32,000 bases of DNA from Bifidobacterium longum subsp. longum JCM 1217 (GTDB lineage Bacteria; Actinomycetota; Actinomycetes; Actinomycetales; Bifidobacteriaceae): positions 900,001 to 932,000 of the forward strand of contig NC_015067.1 of assembly GCF_000196555.1 (NCBI RefSeq), written 5' to 3'. Below, one piece after another: positions 21,995 to 30,822 of the stretch. The notes under the pieces were generated by a model. It was not told where the DNA came from. It was given only the letters and a program-made list of their open reading frames with translations, and made no database searches. A program made the position numbers and the translations under genes. Numbering within the stretch: position 1 is the stretch's first letter; the number at the start of each line of letters is the position of its first letter.

Positions 21995-23998
21995 TTACTG
22001 GCCGCACACCGCCTGGCGAATCATCGTCGCGTACGCATAGGCACCGGTCATATTCGGATGAATGCCGTCATCGTTGAGGTATTCGCTATGACCTTCGCTA
22101 TACCCATGCCAATCGATGATGCCCACGTTCTTGTTCTTCTTGGCGGCCTCACGCAGCATCGTATTGTTGTTGTTCTCCTGCCACGGGTATGGCATACGGA
22201 TGGTGATGAAGTATGTCGGCTTGCCGCCGGTCAGGTCAATGAGCTGTTGCACTTCCTGCTCATTCGAAATCACGCCGTTCGTGCCGAGGCCAAACACCAC
22301 CACACTGCCACTGTGGCCGGCAGCGGTGTCCTGCTGATACACATCCACCGCCTGCGGCAGCTGACGGTTCGGCAGGCCATCGATAAAAGCGTTCGGGAAT
22401 GCGGCCTGGATGGCGTCCGAAGTACCCGACGTCACTGAATCGCCGACCATCATCATATCCGCGTTGCAGCTTTCCGTTGCCGGATCATAGGCGTACTTCG
22501 AAATGTCAAGATTGTTTGGCACCTTTTCCGCAATCGGTTTGATGATGGGCGGCTGAGAATCCGAACCGTTCTTATTCGCGTCAGCGGTATTGGTTTCGCC
22601 GTTCGCGGCATTTATGGCAGAAGACTCGGGCTCGGGCTTCGCCGGTTTCTTGACCGGCTTGGCGGGTGCCGCGAGTTCGGGGCGCAGCTGAATGGCTCGC
22701 GCTTGAGCGATGCCATTCCAGTCCACCGGTGCCCACGTCAGCGCCACAACGGTCACCAATCCGATAACCGACATGACCCACGCGCCCGGGCGCAGCCGGT
22801 AGCCGGCTTTCGGCAGCGGCTTGGCGTGTTGGCTACGAGGCATCTGCACCGATTTACGGGCCGCCTCGACCAGCTGGTAGAAGGCTTCCGACGCCGCCAA
22901 CACCACGACGGCCTCAAGAACCCAACCCCACCACGGCAACGCCTGCGTTCGTGTCGCCGGGTTCATGAACTGCAGCAGCGGATAATGCATGACGTACAGC
23001 GAGAACGATCGCGACCCGATATAGCGTAGGGGAGCACAACCCAGCACGTGCGACCAGATTGAGTCATTGTTCACGGCACAGGCCAAGGCGCACAACGATA
23101 TGAACGCGGTAATCAGGTACCCGCCTTGGTACATGTACGACAGATACCCGTTGGCGAACCAGAATCCGGTCAGCAGTGCCGCCAAAGCCGCGGTGCCAAG
23201 AACATTGCAGACGATAGTGAGACGGGCGCCCGTCTTGTCGCCGGCCTGACGTTCGATCTGCACTGTTTGCGAAGCCGCTCCAGCTTCCGCAGCTTCCGTA
23301 CCTCGCGAGGAAGGCGCAATCCAGATAGCCAACAGTGCGCCGGCGGCCAGCTCGGCGAGGCGAGTATCGGTACCGTAATACACGCGGGAGGTATTGGCCG
23401 GGTCAAACAGCAGCACCATGTCGGCGGTGGAAGCAGCCATGATGACAAGAATCGCCATGGAGCGCACCCATTTGGACTTGGTGATTTTGCCGAGCACCAC
23501 CATCAGCAACGGCCAAACCAGATAGAACTGCATCGTCACGCCCAAGAACCACAGATGGGTCAGAGGAGAAGGCAATCCGGCCGCCTCGAAATACGGCACC
23601 TTGCGGAAGATGTACACCCAATTGCTGGCGAACAAGGCGCTCGGCAGCGAATCGGAAACCACTTTCTGCAACAGGCTGGGAGCGAACATCCAAGTGAGCC
23701 AAGGCACCACGGCAATGGTCGCCAGCATCACCGGCCATAAACGAGTAATGCGGCGGATCAGATATCGGCCATATCCAAAGGACCCGGTGCGGTCCACCAT
23801 GTTCAGTACCGAACGTGTGGCAAGAAAACCGGTGATAACGAAAAACATCGTCACGCCAATGAATCCGCCCTGCAATAGCGACGGGCGGGTGTGGAATGCT
23901 ATGACTCCAAGAATCGCCAGAGCGCGCAGTCCATCGATACCCCTGAAATGGGCAGGCACAGACGATCGAGATGGTGCAGGTTTCAAGGTTATGCTCAC
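21995..23998 (-). CDS. Acyltransferase-3 (OafA/OatA-like, 10-11 TM) fused to a C-terminal SGNH/GDSL hydrolase domain
   Basis: N-terminal FRGIDGLRALAILGVIAFH (AT3 motif), then multiple TMs and a Pro/Lys/Ala linker (PAKPVKKPAKPEPE). The C-terminal domain has MMVGDSVTSG, FGLGTNG and DDGIHPN (SGNH blocks I, II and V). GTG start at 23998. Confidence 0.88.
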   Translation of the reverse strand: MSITLKPAPSRSSVPAHFRGIDGLRALAILGVIAFHTRPSLLQGGFIGVTMFFVITGFLATRSVLNMVDRTGSFGYGRYLIRRITRLWPVMLATIAVVPWLTWMFAPSLLQKVVSDSLPSALFASNWVYIFRKVPYFEAAGLPSPLTHLWFLGVTMQFYLVWPLLMVVLGKITKSKWVRSMAILVIMAASTADMVLLFDPANTSRVYYGTDTRLAELAAGALLAIWIAPSSRGTEAAEAGAASQTVQIERQAGDKTGARLTIVCNVLGTAALAALLTGFWFANGYLSYMYQGGYLITAFISLCALACAVNNDSIWSHVLGCAPLRYIGSRSFSLYVMHYPLLQFMNPATRTQALPWWGWVLEAVVVLAASEAFYQLVEAARKSVQMPRSQHAKPLPKAGYRLRPGAWVMSVIGLVTVVALTWAPVDWNGIAQARAIQLRPELAAPAKPVKKPAKPEPESSAINAANGETNTADANKNGSDSQPPIIKPIAEKVPNNLDISKYAYDPATESCNADMMMVGDSVTSGTSDAIQAAFPNAFIDGLPNRQLPQAVDVYQQDTAAGHSGSVVVFGLGTNGVISNEQEVQQLIDLTGGKPTYFITIRMPYPWQENNNNTMLREAAKKNKNVGIIDWHGYSEGHSEYLNDDGIHPNMTGAYAYATMIRQAVCGQ

Positions 23999-24138
23999 AG
24001 TATTCTAAGTGTACTCTCAGGAATCGTTAGGTATACTGCCCGGATTACGCATATCTCAGGTAGTGACCTATGCCGTTATGACTTATGACTTCCGGCAACC
24101 CGCACCGAAACCGCCGGAATGGTGACATAATCAGAACC

Positions 24139-24813
24139 ATGATTCTTCATCTGCATCTGGTCCGTCACGGACAGACCTATTTCAACCGATACAACCGTCT
24201 GCAGGGATGGTCGAATTCGCCGCTGACCGAGTCGGGCGTCGCCGATGCCGTCAAGGCCGGTGAGCGACTGAAAGGATTGACGTTCGCCGCCGCCTACTGT
24301 TCGGACACCACGCGTGCCCAGCAGACGGCCGAGAAAATTCTCGACATCAACGAAGCCGCGGGTAACCCGCGCCCCGCACTCGTGACGGACATGCACTTCC
24401 GCGAGCAGTTCTACGGCTACTACGAGGGACTTGACATGGCCATGGCCTGGTACGCCGCGGGAGCGCCCCACGGCGTCAAAACCTACAACCAAATCGTCGA
24501 GAAGTTCGGGTTGGGGGCCTCGCGTGATTTTCTCAAGGAAGCCGATCCCTTCCACGACGCGGAATCCGATGAGGAATATTGGACGCGCGTCGAAGGTGCG
24601 TTCCGTCTTATCGCCGACAACCCGAATCTCAAGGACGGCGACGATGTGCTGCAGATTTCGCATGGCAACACACTGCTTAGCCTCGGTCACCGGTTCGGCG
24701 GCCCTGACCTCGATCTGAACGAACGCCCGGCCAATGGTTCGGTAACCGTGATCGACTTCGACACCGACAAGCCGTTCGGCGAAGCCGTGACCATCGTTTC
24801 GTACGGCAAGTAG
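24139..24813 (+). CDS. Histidine phosphatase (phosphoglycerate-mutase-like) family protein
   Basis: MILHLHLVRHGQTYFNRYNRLQGWSNSPLTESG (RHG catalytic motif) ...QISHGNTL (second His). Start ATG 24139. The listed ORF starts at 24085. Confidence 0.88.
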   Translation: MILHLHLVRHGQTYFNRYNRLQGWSNSPLTESGVADAVKAGERLKGLTFAAAYCSDTTRAQQTAEKILDINEAAGNPRPALVTDMHFREQFYGYYEGLDMAMAWYAAGAPHGVKTYNQIVEKFGLGASRDFLKEADPFHDAESDEEYWTRVEGAFRLIADNPNLKDGDDVLQISHGNTLLSLGHRFGGPDLDLNERPANGSVTVIDFDTDKPFGEAVTIVSYGK

Positions 24814-25015
24814 CAAATAGCAAGCAATACATATCGAATAGCACGTACGGTCCACGGCGGCACGCCGCAAACGAAAGCGTCAGCAGGACAGCCTTTCGCC
24901 TATAGCCGCATACGCCTACGCGCACGGTTTTCGCCCTGCGCATGCAATGGTATGCCAAGAAATAGGGAAGGAGTGCTACCCTTAGGCGAGTAAGTGTGAC
25001 CGCAAGGAGGAAACA

Positions 25016-25414
25016 ATGGGAGTCGGAGAGATCGCTGGCCTGATCGCGGCCATCGCGTTCGCAGTATTGGCCGGTTTCATGATCTATCCGCTGATCAGGC
25101 TGGGCAAGATGTTTGATCAGATATCGCAGACGGTCCGGGAGTCCGGTGAACACGCCATCCCCGCGCTGGACGAAGGCGTGACCACCGTCAAGCAGGTCAA
25201 CAAGTCGCTCGAAGACGTGAACAAGATTTCCGCCGCGGCTTCCACCACCGCCAACAACGTTGGTGCGTTGACCGATCTGTATGGCTCCTTCCTCGGTAAG
25301 CCCATCATCAAGATCGCTTCCACCTTCTACGCGCTGAAAACCACGGGTCAGTCCTTCCTTGCGAAGAACGCCGCGAAAACCACCGTCAACGACACCGCCG
25401 AGAAGGGGGAGTGA
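25016..25414 (+). CDS. DUF948-domain membrane-anchored protein
   Basis: SD AAGGAGG upstream. An N-terminal TM (IAGLIAAIAFAVLAGFMIYPLI) is followed by a coiled segment, LGKMFDQISQTVRES...VTTVKQVNKSLEDVNKIS, typical of DUF948/YtxG-like proteins. Confidence 0.8.
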   Translation: MGVGEIAGLIAAIAFAVLAGFMIYPLIRLGKMFDQISQTVRESGEHAIPALDEGVTTVKQVNKSLEDVNKISAAASTTANNVGALTDLYGSFLGKPIIKIASTFYALKTTGQSFLAKNAAKTTVNDTAEKGE

Positions 25415-25650
25415 TGTTCAAACGCATCTTCTGGGTCGGCGTCGGCGTGGCCATCGGAATCGTTGCCGTCACCAAGGCACAGGCCTATGTCAAGGCCAAT
25501 ACGCCTGATGCGGCACGCCAGTTCCTGCTTGGCCCCGATCAGGACAATGTGCCGATGAAAACACTCGAAGGGTTGGTCAACGAGTTCAATGCCACCCGTC
25601 GAGCCCGCGAGGCTGAGCTCAACCGTCAGTACATCGAGCGCGCCAACTGA
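25411..25650 (+). CDS. Small single-TM protein (79 aa), translationally coupled to the DUF948 gene
   Basis: GTG 25411 or ATG 25414 overlaps the upstream TGA (GTGATG). GGGGGAG lies upstream. The product has the N-terminal TM FWVGVGVAIGIVAVT followed by a charged helix. It resembles the small conserved actinobacterial partner of DUF948 upstream of alaS. Confidence 0.7.
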   Translation: MMFKRIFWVGVGVAIGIVAVTKAQAYVKANTPDAARQFLLGPDQDNVPMKTLEGLVNEFNATRRAREAELNRQYIERAN

Positions 25651-25777
25651 CACGCGCATGCCGCCTTGCCATCTAGTCACTGAATCAGCTAGAACAAACT
25701 AATCCTCATAATCCAGTCTTTTCCACCAATACCAGGCGCAACTGCGCCCATTACCCAAACAAGGAGTTCATCCGCTC

Positions 25778-28459
25778 ATGCGCACTGCGGACATCGCAAA
25801 GCGATACCTCGATTATTTTGCCAAGCACGACCATCTCATCGTGCCCTCGGCATCCCTGATTTCCCCGAACCCCACCACGCTTTTCACCATCGCCGGCATG
25901 GTGCCGTTCATCCCGTACCTGATGGGTGAGCAGACCCCGCCGAAGCGCCGCATGGCCTCCAACCAGAAGTGCGTGCGTACGCTCGACATCGACGAGGTCG
26001 GCAAGACCACCCGCCACGGCACCTTCTTCCAGATGCTCGGCAACTTCTCCTTCGGCGACTACTTCAAGGAAGAGGCCATCCACTACGCCTGGGAGCTGCT
26101 CACCACCTCGCAGGATGAGGGCGGCTACGGCTTTGACCCCGAGAAGCTGTGGATGACCACGTTCACCGACGATGACGAAGCCCGTTCCATGTGGATCAAC
26201 GAGGGCGTGGACCCCGAGCACATCCAGAAGATGGGCATGGAAGACAACTTTTGGACCACCGGTGGCCCCGGACCCGGCGGCCCCTGCTCCGAAATCTACG
26301 TGGACCGCGGCCCCGCCTTCGGCAAGGAAGGCGGCCCGATTGCCGACGAGAACCGCTACATCGAGATCTGGGACCTCGTGTTCGAGAACTACGAGGTCGA
26401 CAACGTCAAGTCCAAGACCGACCTGCACATCGTGGGCGAGCTTGAGAACAAGAACATCGATACCGGTGCCGGCTTGGAACGTCTGGCCTACCTGCTGCAG
26501 GGCAAGAACAACATCTACGAGACCGATGAGGTCTTCCCGGTCATCGAGGCCGCCGAGCAGCTCTCCGGCCTGAAGTACGGCGAGAACGAGGACGCCGACG
26601 TGCGCTTCCGCGTGGTCGCTGACCACGTGCGCTCCGCCCTGATGATCATGTCCGACGGCGTGCGCCCGTCCAACGTGGGCCGTGGCTACGTGCTGCGCCG
26701 CCTGCTGCGCCGCACCGTGCGCTCCATGCGCATGCTCGGCGTGACCGATCCGGTGCTGCCCACCCTCTTCCCGACCTCCAAGGCCGCCATGGAGGCCAGC
26801 TACCCGGAGCTCAACGACACCTTCCATGAGGTGTCCGAATCCGCGTATGGCGAGGAAGACGCCTTCCGCCGCACCCTTGAGACCGGCACCACGATTCTCG
26901 ACGTGGCCGTCAACAAGGCCAAGAGCGATTCCGCCGAGCCCGTCGTGGCCGGCGAGGACGCCTTCAAGCTGCACGACACCTACGGCTTCCCGATTGAGCT
27001 GACCCTCGAGATGGCCGCCGAACAGGGCGTGAAGGTGGACGAGGCCAAGTTCCGCGAACTCATGGCCGAGCAGAAGTCCCGCGCCCGCGCCGACGCCCTC
27101 AAGAAGCGTCACAACGTGGATCTTTCCGTTTACGACGACTTCAAGAAGACGCTCGTCAGCCCGATCGACTTCCTCGGCTACACCGACATGTCCGCCCGCG
27201 CCAAGGTGATCGGCATCATGCAGGAAGGCAAGGGTTCCGTGCCCGCCGTGACCGGCCCGGCCAACGTCGAGGTCATCCTCGACCGCACCCCGTTCTACGC
27301 GGAGGCCGGCGGCCAGCTCGCCGACCAGGGCGAGATCCTGTCCGACGACGGCGCCGTGCTCGAAGTCGACGATGTGCAGAAGCCCATCAAGGACCTCATC
27401 GTCCACCAGTGCCGTCTGACCGAAGGCACGCTGGTCGTCGGCGCCGAAGTCAACGCCAACATCGACCTGGCCCGCCGTGGCGCCATCGCCCGCTCGCACA
27501 CCGCCACGCACATGGTGCACAAGGCGCTGCGTGAGGAGCTGGGCCCGCAGGCCACCCAGCGCGGCTCCGAAGACGCCCCGAACCGTCTGCGCTTCGACTT
27601 CCAGTGGTCCAAGGCCCCGGCCAAGTCCGTGATCTCCGCAGTCGAGGAGCGCGTCAACGACAAGCTGCGCGACAACCTCGCCGTGACCACCAAGGAAATG
27701 AAGTTCGACGACGCCATCGCCCTCGGTGCCATGCACCTGTTCGGCGAGAAGTACGGCGACATCGTACGTGTGGTCTCCATCGGCGAAGACGGCTGGAGCC
27801 GCGAGCTGTGTGGTGGTACCCACGTGGACCACGTCGGCAAGATCGGCATGGTCAACATCCTGTCCGAAGCCTCCATCGGCTCCGGCGTGCGTCGTGTCGA
27901 CGCCGTCGTGGGCCAGGGTGCCTATGACTTCAACGCTCGTGAGCACGCGCTGGTCTCCCAGCTGTCCGACAAGCTCAACGCTCGTCCGGACGAGCTCGCC
28001 GAGCGTGTGAACGCCCTGCTCGCCAAGCTCAAGGAATCCGATCGTCGCTTGGCCTCCATGTACGAGTCCCAGCTGGCCGCCTCGGTTCCGGCGCTGGTTG
28101 CTGACACCAAGAACTCCGCGGCCCCGGTCAAGGTGGCCGTCAAGAACGTGGGCCACTTTGGCGCGGTCGATGCCCTGCGCAAGACCGTACTCGACGTGCG
28201 CGCCCAGCTCGGTGAAGACGCCCCCGTGGTGGTGGCCCTTGCCGGCGTGAACGAGGATGACAAGCCGATGGTCGCCGTGGCCACCAACGAGGCCGCCCGC
28301 AAGGCCGGCATCAAGGCCGGTGATCTGGTGCGTGGCGCAGCCAAGGTCCTCGGCGGCGGTGGCGGCGGCAAGCCGGACTTCGCCCAGGGTGGCGGTGTCG
28401 ATGCCTCCAAGATCGACGAGGCCCTCGAAGCGCTCAAGCACGAGGCGCAGAAAGCCTGA
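25778..28459 (+). CDS. alaS: Alanine--tRNA ligase
   Basis: [19 protein letters not shown]..., [38 protein letters not shown], editing-domain HTATHM and CGGTHV zinc motifs, C-terminal DHHA1 [14 protein letters not shown]. 893 aa. Confidence 0.98.
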   Translation: MRTADIAKRYLDYFAKHDHLIVPSASLISPNPTTLFTIAGMVPFIPYLMGEQTPPKRRMASNQKCVRTLDIDEVGKTTRHGTFFQMLGNFSFGDYFKEEAIHYAWELLTTSQDEGGYGFDPEKLWMTTFTDDDEARSMWINEGVDPEHIQKMGMEDNFWTTGGPGPGGPCSEIYVDRGPAFGKEGGPIADENRYIEIWDLVFENYEVDNVKSKTDLHIVGELENKNIDTGAGLERLAYLLQGKNNIYETDEVFPVIEAAEQLSGLKYGENEDADVRFRVVADHVRSALMIMSDGVRPSNVGRGYVLRRLLRRTVRSMRMLGVTDPVLPTLFPTSKAAMEASYPELNDTFHEVSESAYGEEDAFRRTLETGTTILDVAVNKAKSDSAEPVVAGEDAFKLHDTYGFPIELTLEMAAEQGVKVDEAKFRELMAEQKSRARADALKKRHNVDLSVYDDFKKTLVSPIDFLGYTDMSARAKVIGIMQEGKGSVPAVTGPANVEVILDRTPFYAEAGGQLADQGEILSDDGAVLEVDDVQKPIKDLIVHQCRLTEGTLVVGAEVNANIDLARRGAIARSHTATHMVHKALREELGPQATQRGSEDAPNRLRFDFQWSKAPAKSVISAVEERVNDKLRDNLAVTTKEMKFDDAIALGAMHLFGEKYGDIVRVVSIGEDGWSRELCGGTHVDHVGKIGMVNILSEASIGSGVRRVDAVVGQGAYDFNAREHALVSQLSDKLNARPDELAERVNALLAKLKESDRRLASMYESQLAASVPALVADTKNSAAPVKVAVKNVGHFGAVDALRKTVLDVRAQLGEDAPVVVALAGVNEDDKPMVAVATNEAARKAGIKAGDLVRGAAKVLGGGGGGKPDFAQGGGVDASKIDEALEALKHEAQKA

Positions 28460-28467
28460 TTCCGCCA

Positions 28468-28926
28468 GTGGTGTGGTTAGGCGTTGATTTGGGTAATGCC
28501 CGGGTCGGACTGGCACTGTCCGACCCGGAGCTTACCTTTGCACATCCTGCTGGCAACATTCATGTTGCCGGCGACTATTTCTTTGCTATTGACGAGGTCC
28601 TGAACGTCATCGAAGACGAACATGTGGACCATGTAATCGTCGGACTGCCCCTGCAGATGGACGGTACAGAAGGCAAAAGCGCCAAAAAAGCGCGCAGGTG
28701 GGCGGCCAATCTGGAGAAGAGGCTGCAAGCAGAGAGTGAAGACAGTGATTCTACGGAGTATCAGATTCCGCAGGTATCATTGATAGATGAGAGATTGACA
28801 ACAGTCAGTGCGCATCGTCAGCTGTTCGAGGCCCATAAAGCTTCGAACAAGCACAGGCCGGTGGTTGACCAGCAGTCGGCAGTGGTGATTTTGCAGACGG
28901 CACTCGACCGTACCCGGGAGCAGTGA
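28468..28926 (+). CDS. ruvX: Holliday-junction resolvase-like RuvX (YqgF)
   Basis: GTG start 8 nt after the alaS stop. WLGVDLGNARVGLALSD...VIVGLPLQMDGTEG...ARRWA...LIDERLTTVSA is the YqgF signature. Conserved position after alaS. Confidence 0.9.
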   Translation: MVWLGVDLGNARVGLALSDPELTFAHPAGNIHVAGDYFFAIDEVLNVIEDEHVDHVIVGLPLQMDGTEGKSAKKARRWAANLEKRLQAESEDSDSTEYQIPQVSLIDERLTTVSAHRQLFEAHKASNKHRPVVDQQSAVVILQTALDRTREQ

Positions 28927-28936
28927 GGTATCGGTT

Positions 28937-30118
28937 ATGACCGATGATTTTAACGAGTTCTTTGATGACAACACGCATTGGGTCGAACAGGGGTCAGAAC
29001 CAATGCGCGGGGCCGAGCCGCCAGAACCGCCGAAATCCCGCAGGGAGATGCGCAAGCGACGTGCACAGCGCAGGCGCAAGCGTATCAGTGGCATTATCAT
29101 CGCTATCGCCATCGTCGCCCTGCTTATCGGCGGCGGCTATTTCGGCGTAACCAAGCTCATCGCATGGCGCGACAGCCGGAGCAACCAGTCGACGGCCATC
29201 GCGGACTATCCGGGACCGGGCTATGGCGAGGTCGAATTCACCGTGAGCGAGGGCCAAGGCGCGGCGGAGATCGCCGATAATCTGCTCAAGGCCGAAGTCA
29301 TCAAGTCTACTGCCGCGTTCACCAGCGTGGTCAACGCCAATAGCACGACACTCTATCCGGGAACGTTCACATTGAAGAAGCATATGGCCGCATCCAAAGT
29401 GATCGACGTTCTCTCCGACACCAACCAGGCGGCGGGCTTCCTCGAGGTTCGTCCCGGTGAACGTGCCACCGATGTGTTCGCCAACGCCGCGAAGCTTTCC
29501 GGCATTGCCCAAAGCGAATTCGACACGATTATCAAGAACGAGGGTAAGGATATTCTGCCCAATGAAGCGGGCGGTAGCTTTGAGGGATGGCTGGAGCCGG
29601 GAACCTACAACGTCAAGAGCATGAAGAGCGCTTCGGAAATCCTCAAGGCCATGGTCGATAAGCGTATCGCCAAGTTGGATGAATTGGGCGTGCCGGCCGG
29701 CGGTGACCGCGAACGGGTGATGATCATCGCCTCTATCGCCGAGGCCGAGGTCAACAAAGCCGATTACTACGGCAAAGTGACGCGAGTCATCGAGAACCGT
29801 TTGGAGCAGGGCATGTCGTTGGGCATGGATTCCACCGTGGCCTATGGCAATAACGTCAAGCCCGCGCAGGTGACCACCGAGATGACCCAAGACGAGTCCA
29901 ACCCGTACAACACGTACAAGATCTCCGGCCTGCCGCCTACGCCGATCAGCAATCCCGGCGATAACGCCATTCAAGCGGCACTGCACCCCGAAGGCGGCAA
30001 TTGGCTGTACTTCTGCACGGTCAATCTGGACACCGGCGAAACCAAGTTCGCCGCAACCGCCGATGAACATGACCAGAACGTGGCCGAACTACGCAAGTGG
30101 CAAGCCGAAAACCAGTAG
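28937..30118 (+). CDS. mltG: Endolytic murein transglycosylase MltG (YceG-like)
   Basis: Basic N-terminal tail, one TM (IIIAIAIVALLIGGGYF), then a YceG domain with IIASIAEAE, YNTYKISGLPPTPISNPG and YFCTV motifs. Conserved alaS-ruvX-mltG order. Confidence 0.92.
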   Translation: MTDDFNEFFDDNTHWVEQGSEPMRGAEPPEPPKSRREMRKRRAQRRRKRISGIIIAIAIVALLIGGGYFGVTKLIAWRDSRSNQSTAIADYPGPGYGEVEFTVSEGQGAAEIADNLLKAEVIKSTAAFTSVVNANSTTLYPGTFTLKKHMAASKVIDVLSDTNQAAGFLEVRPGERATDVFANAAKLSGIAQSEFDTIIKNEGKDILPNEAGGSFEGWLEPGTYNVKSMKSASEILKAMVDKRIAKLDELGVPAGGDRERVMIIASIAEAEVNKADYYGKVTRVIENRLEQGMSLGMDSTVAYGNNVKPAQVTTEMTQDESNPYNTYKISGLPPTPISNPGDNAIQAALHPEGGNWLYFCTVNLDTGETKFAATADEHDQNVAELRKWQAENQ

Positions 30119-30172
30119 TCATCCCGTTAGCTTCCTTCGCTTGGGGAAGCTGATCGGACGTTGGTCTCTTCA

Positions 30173-30223
30173 TTGGCTCCCTCGCCGAGGGGAGCTGTCC
30201 GCAAAAAAGCGGACTGAGGGGAG
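30173..30223. repeat. Second full copy of the structured intergenic repeat unit
   Basis: The sequence is TTGGCTCCCTCGCCGAGGGGAGCTGTCCGCAAAAAAGCGGACTGAGGGGAG. It shares the TTGGCTCCC(C)TC.CCGAGGGGAGCTGTC ... ACTGAGGGGAG frame with 4932-4980. Hairpin 2 is GTCCGC-A6-GCGGAC instead of GTCACC-A3-GGTGAC. Confidence 0.8.
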
Positions 30224-30285
30224 CACTGCAGGGAATGTAACGCTCAACTTAAGCCCGGGGCTCCCGCGAAGCGGATGGAAGAAAT

Positions 30286-30759
30286 CTAGGACAACACCCC
30301 AACAGCCACCGCCACAATCGCGCCCGCCAATATCACCGGCACATACGGCACCTTGCCCGCATGTGCCGGTGATGTGCGTTGTGGGTCGAATCGCGTCCAC
30401 AAGGCAATCCATGTGATGCCGGCAACGCCCATCGCCAGCCACCAGACCACCACAGGCAACAGGCCAAACAGTCCGACAGACAATCCCATAGGTATCAGGG
30501 CGGTCACATCGCCGAATCCCAATGACCGAGGCACCAGCAACGCCAACGCGAACTGGATCAGGCAACATAGCACGGTGAACAACAGCGCCTGCAACAGCAC
30601 GAACAGGTCGTTCACCACCACTCCATACGCGAAATCGGCGGCCAGCTGAAGCAACGCGCCCGCAGCCACCCACGCGATCGGCACCCGCCGATGACGAACA
30701 TCCTCAATGGACAGTGCAAGCCCACATAGCAGACCGGGTAGCGTGAACAGGTATGGCAT
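30286..30759 (-). CDS. A24-family prepilin-type (TadV/CpaA-like) aspartic peptidase, peptidase domain only
   Basis: 157-aa polytopic protein with the two A24 Asp motifs: LSIEDVRHRRVP (first Asp) and LGFGDVTAL (GxGD). Confidence 0.8.
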   Translation of the reverse strand: MPYLFTLPGLLCGLALSIEDVRHRRVPIAWVAAGALLQLAADFAYGVVVNDLFVLLQALLFTVLCCLIQFALALLVPRSLGFGDVTALIPMGLSVGLFGLLPVVVWWLAMGVAGITWIALWTRFDPQRTSPAHAGKVPYVPVILAGAIVAVAVGVLS

Positions 30760-30822
30760 GGCTTAACATTAACCCCTAGCTAGACGTACACATAGACGTA
30801 CACACATGAAACGAGGGAAGTT

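Noticed and set aside
24076-24089. Tandem duplication TTATGAC-TTATGAC in the acyltransferase/phosphatase divergent region
   Set aside because: It is only two 7-nt units in an AT-rich promoter region, too short to distinguish from chance.
25651-25777. Looked for a T-box or other leader in front of alaS
   Set aside because: There is no T-box consensus (AANNNGGGTGGTACCGCG-like) or specifier-loop arrangement. There is only a short GGCGCA-ACT-GCGCC hairpin.
25751-28516. A 921-aa uninterrupted ORF on the minus strand covering the whole of alaS
   Set aside because: It is exactly antisense to a gene with unmistakable AlaRS motifs. Its translation is a low-complexity G/V/H/L/A-rich string with no recognisable domain, SD or start context. 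Long antisense ORFs are an expected by-product of high GC3 codon usage.
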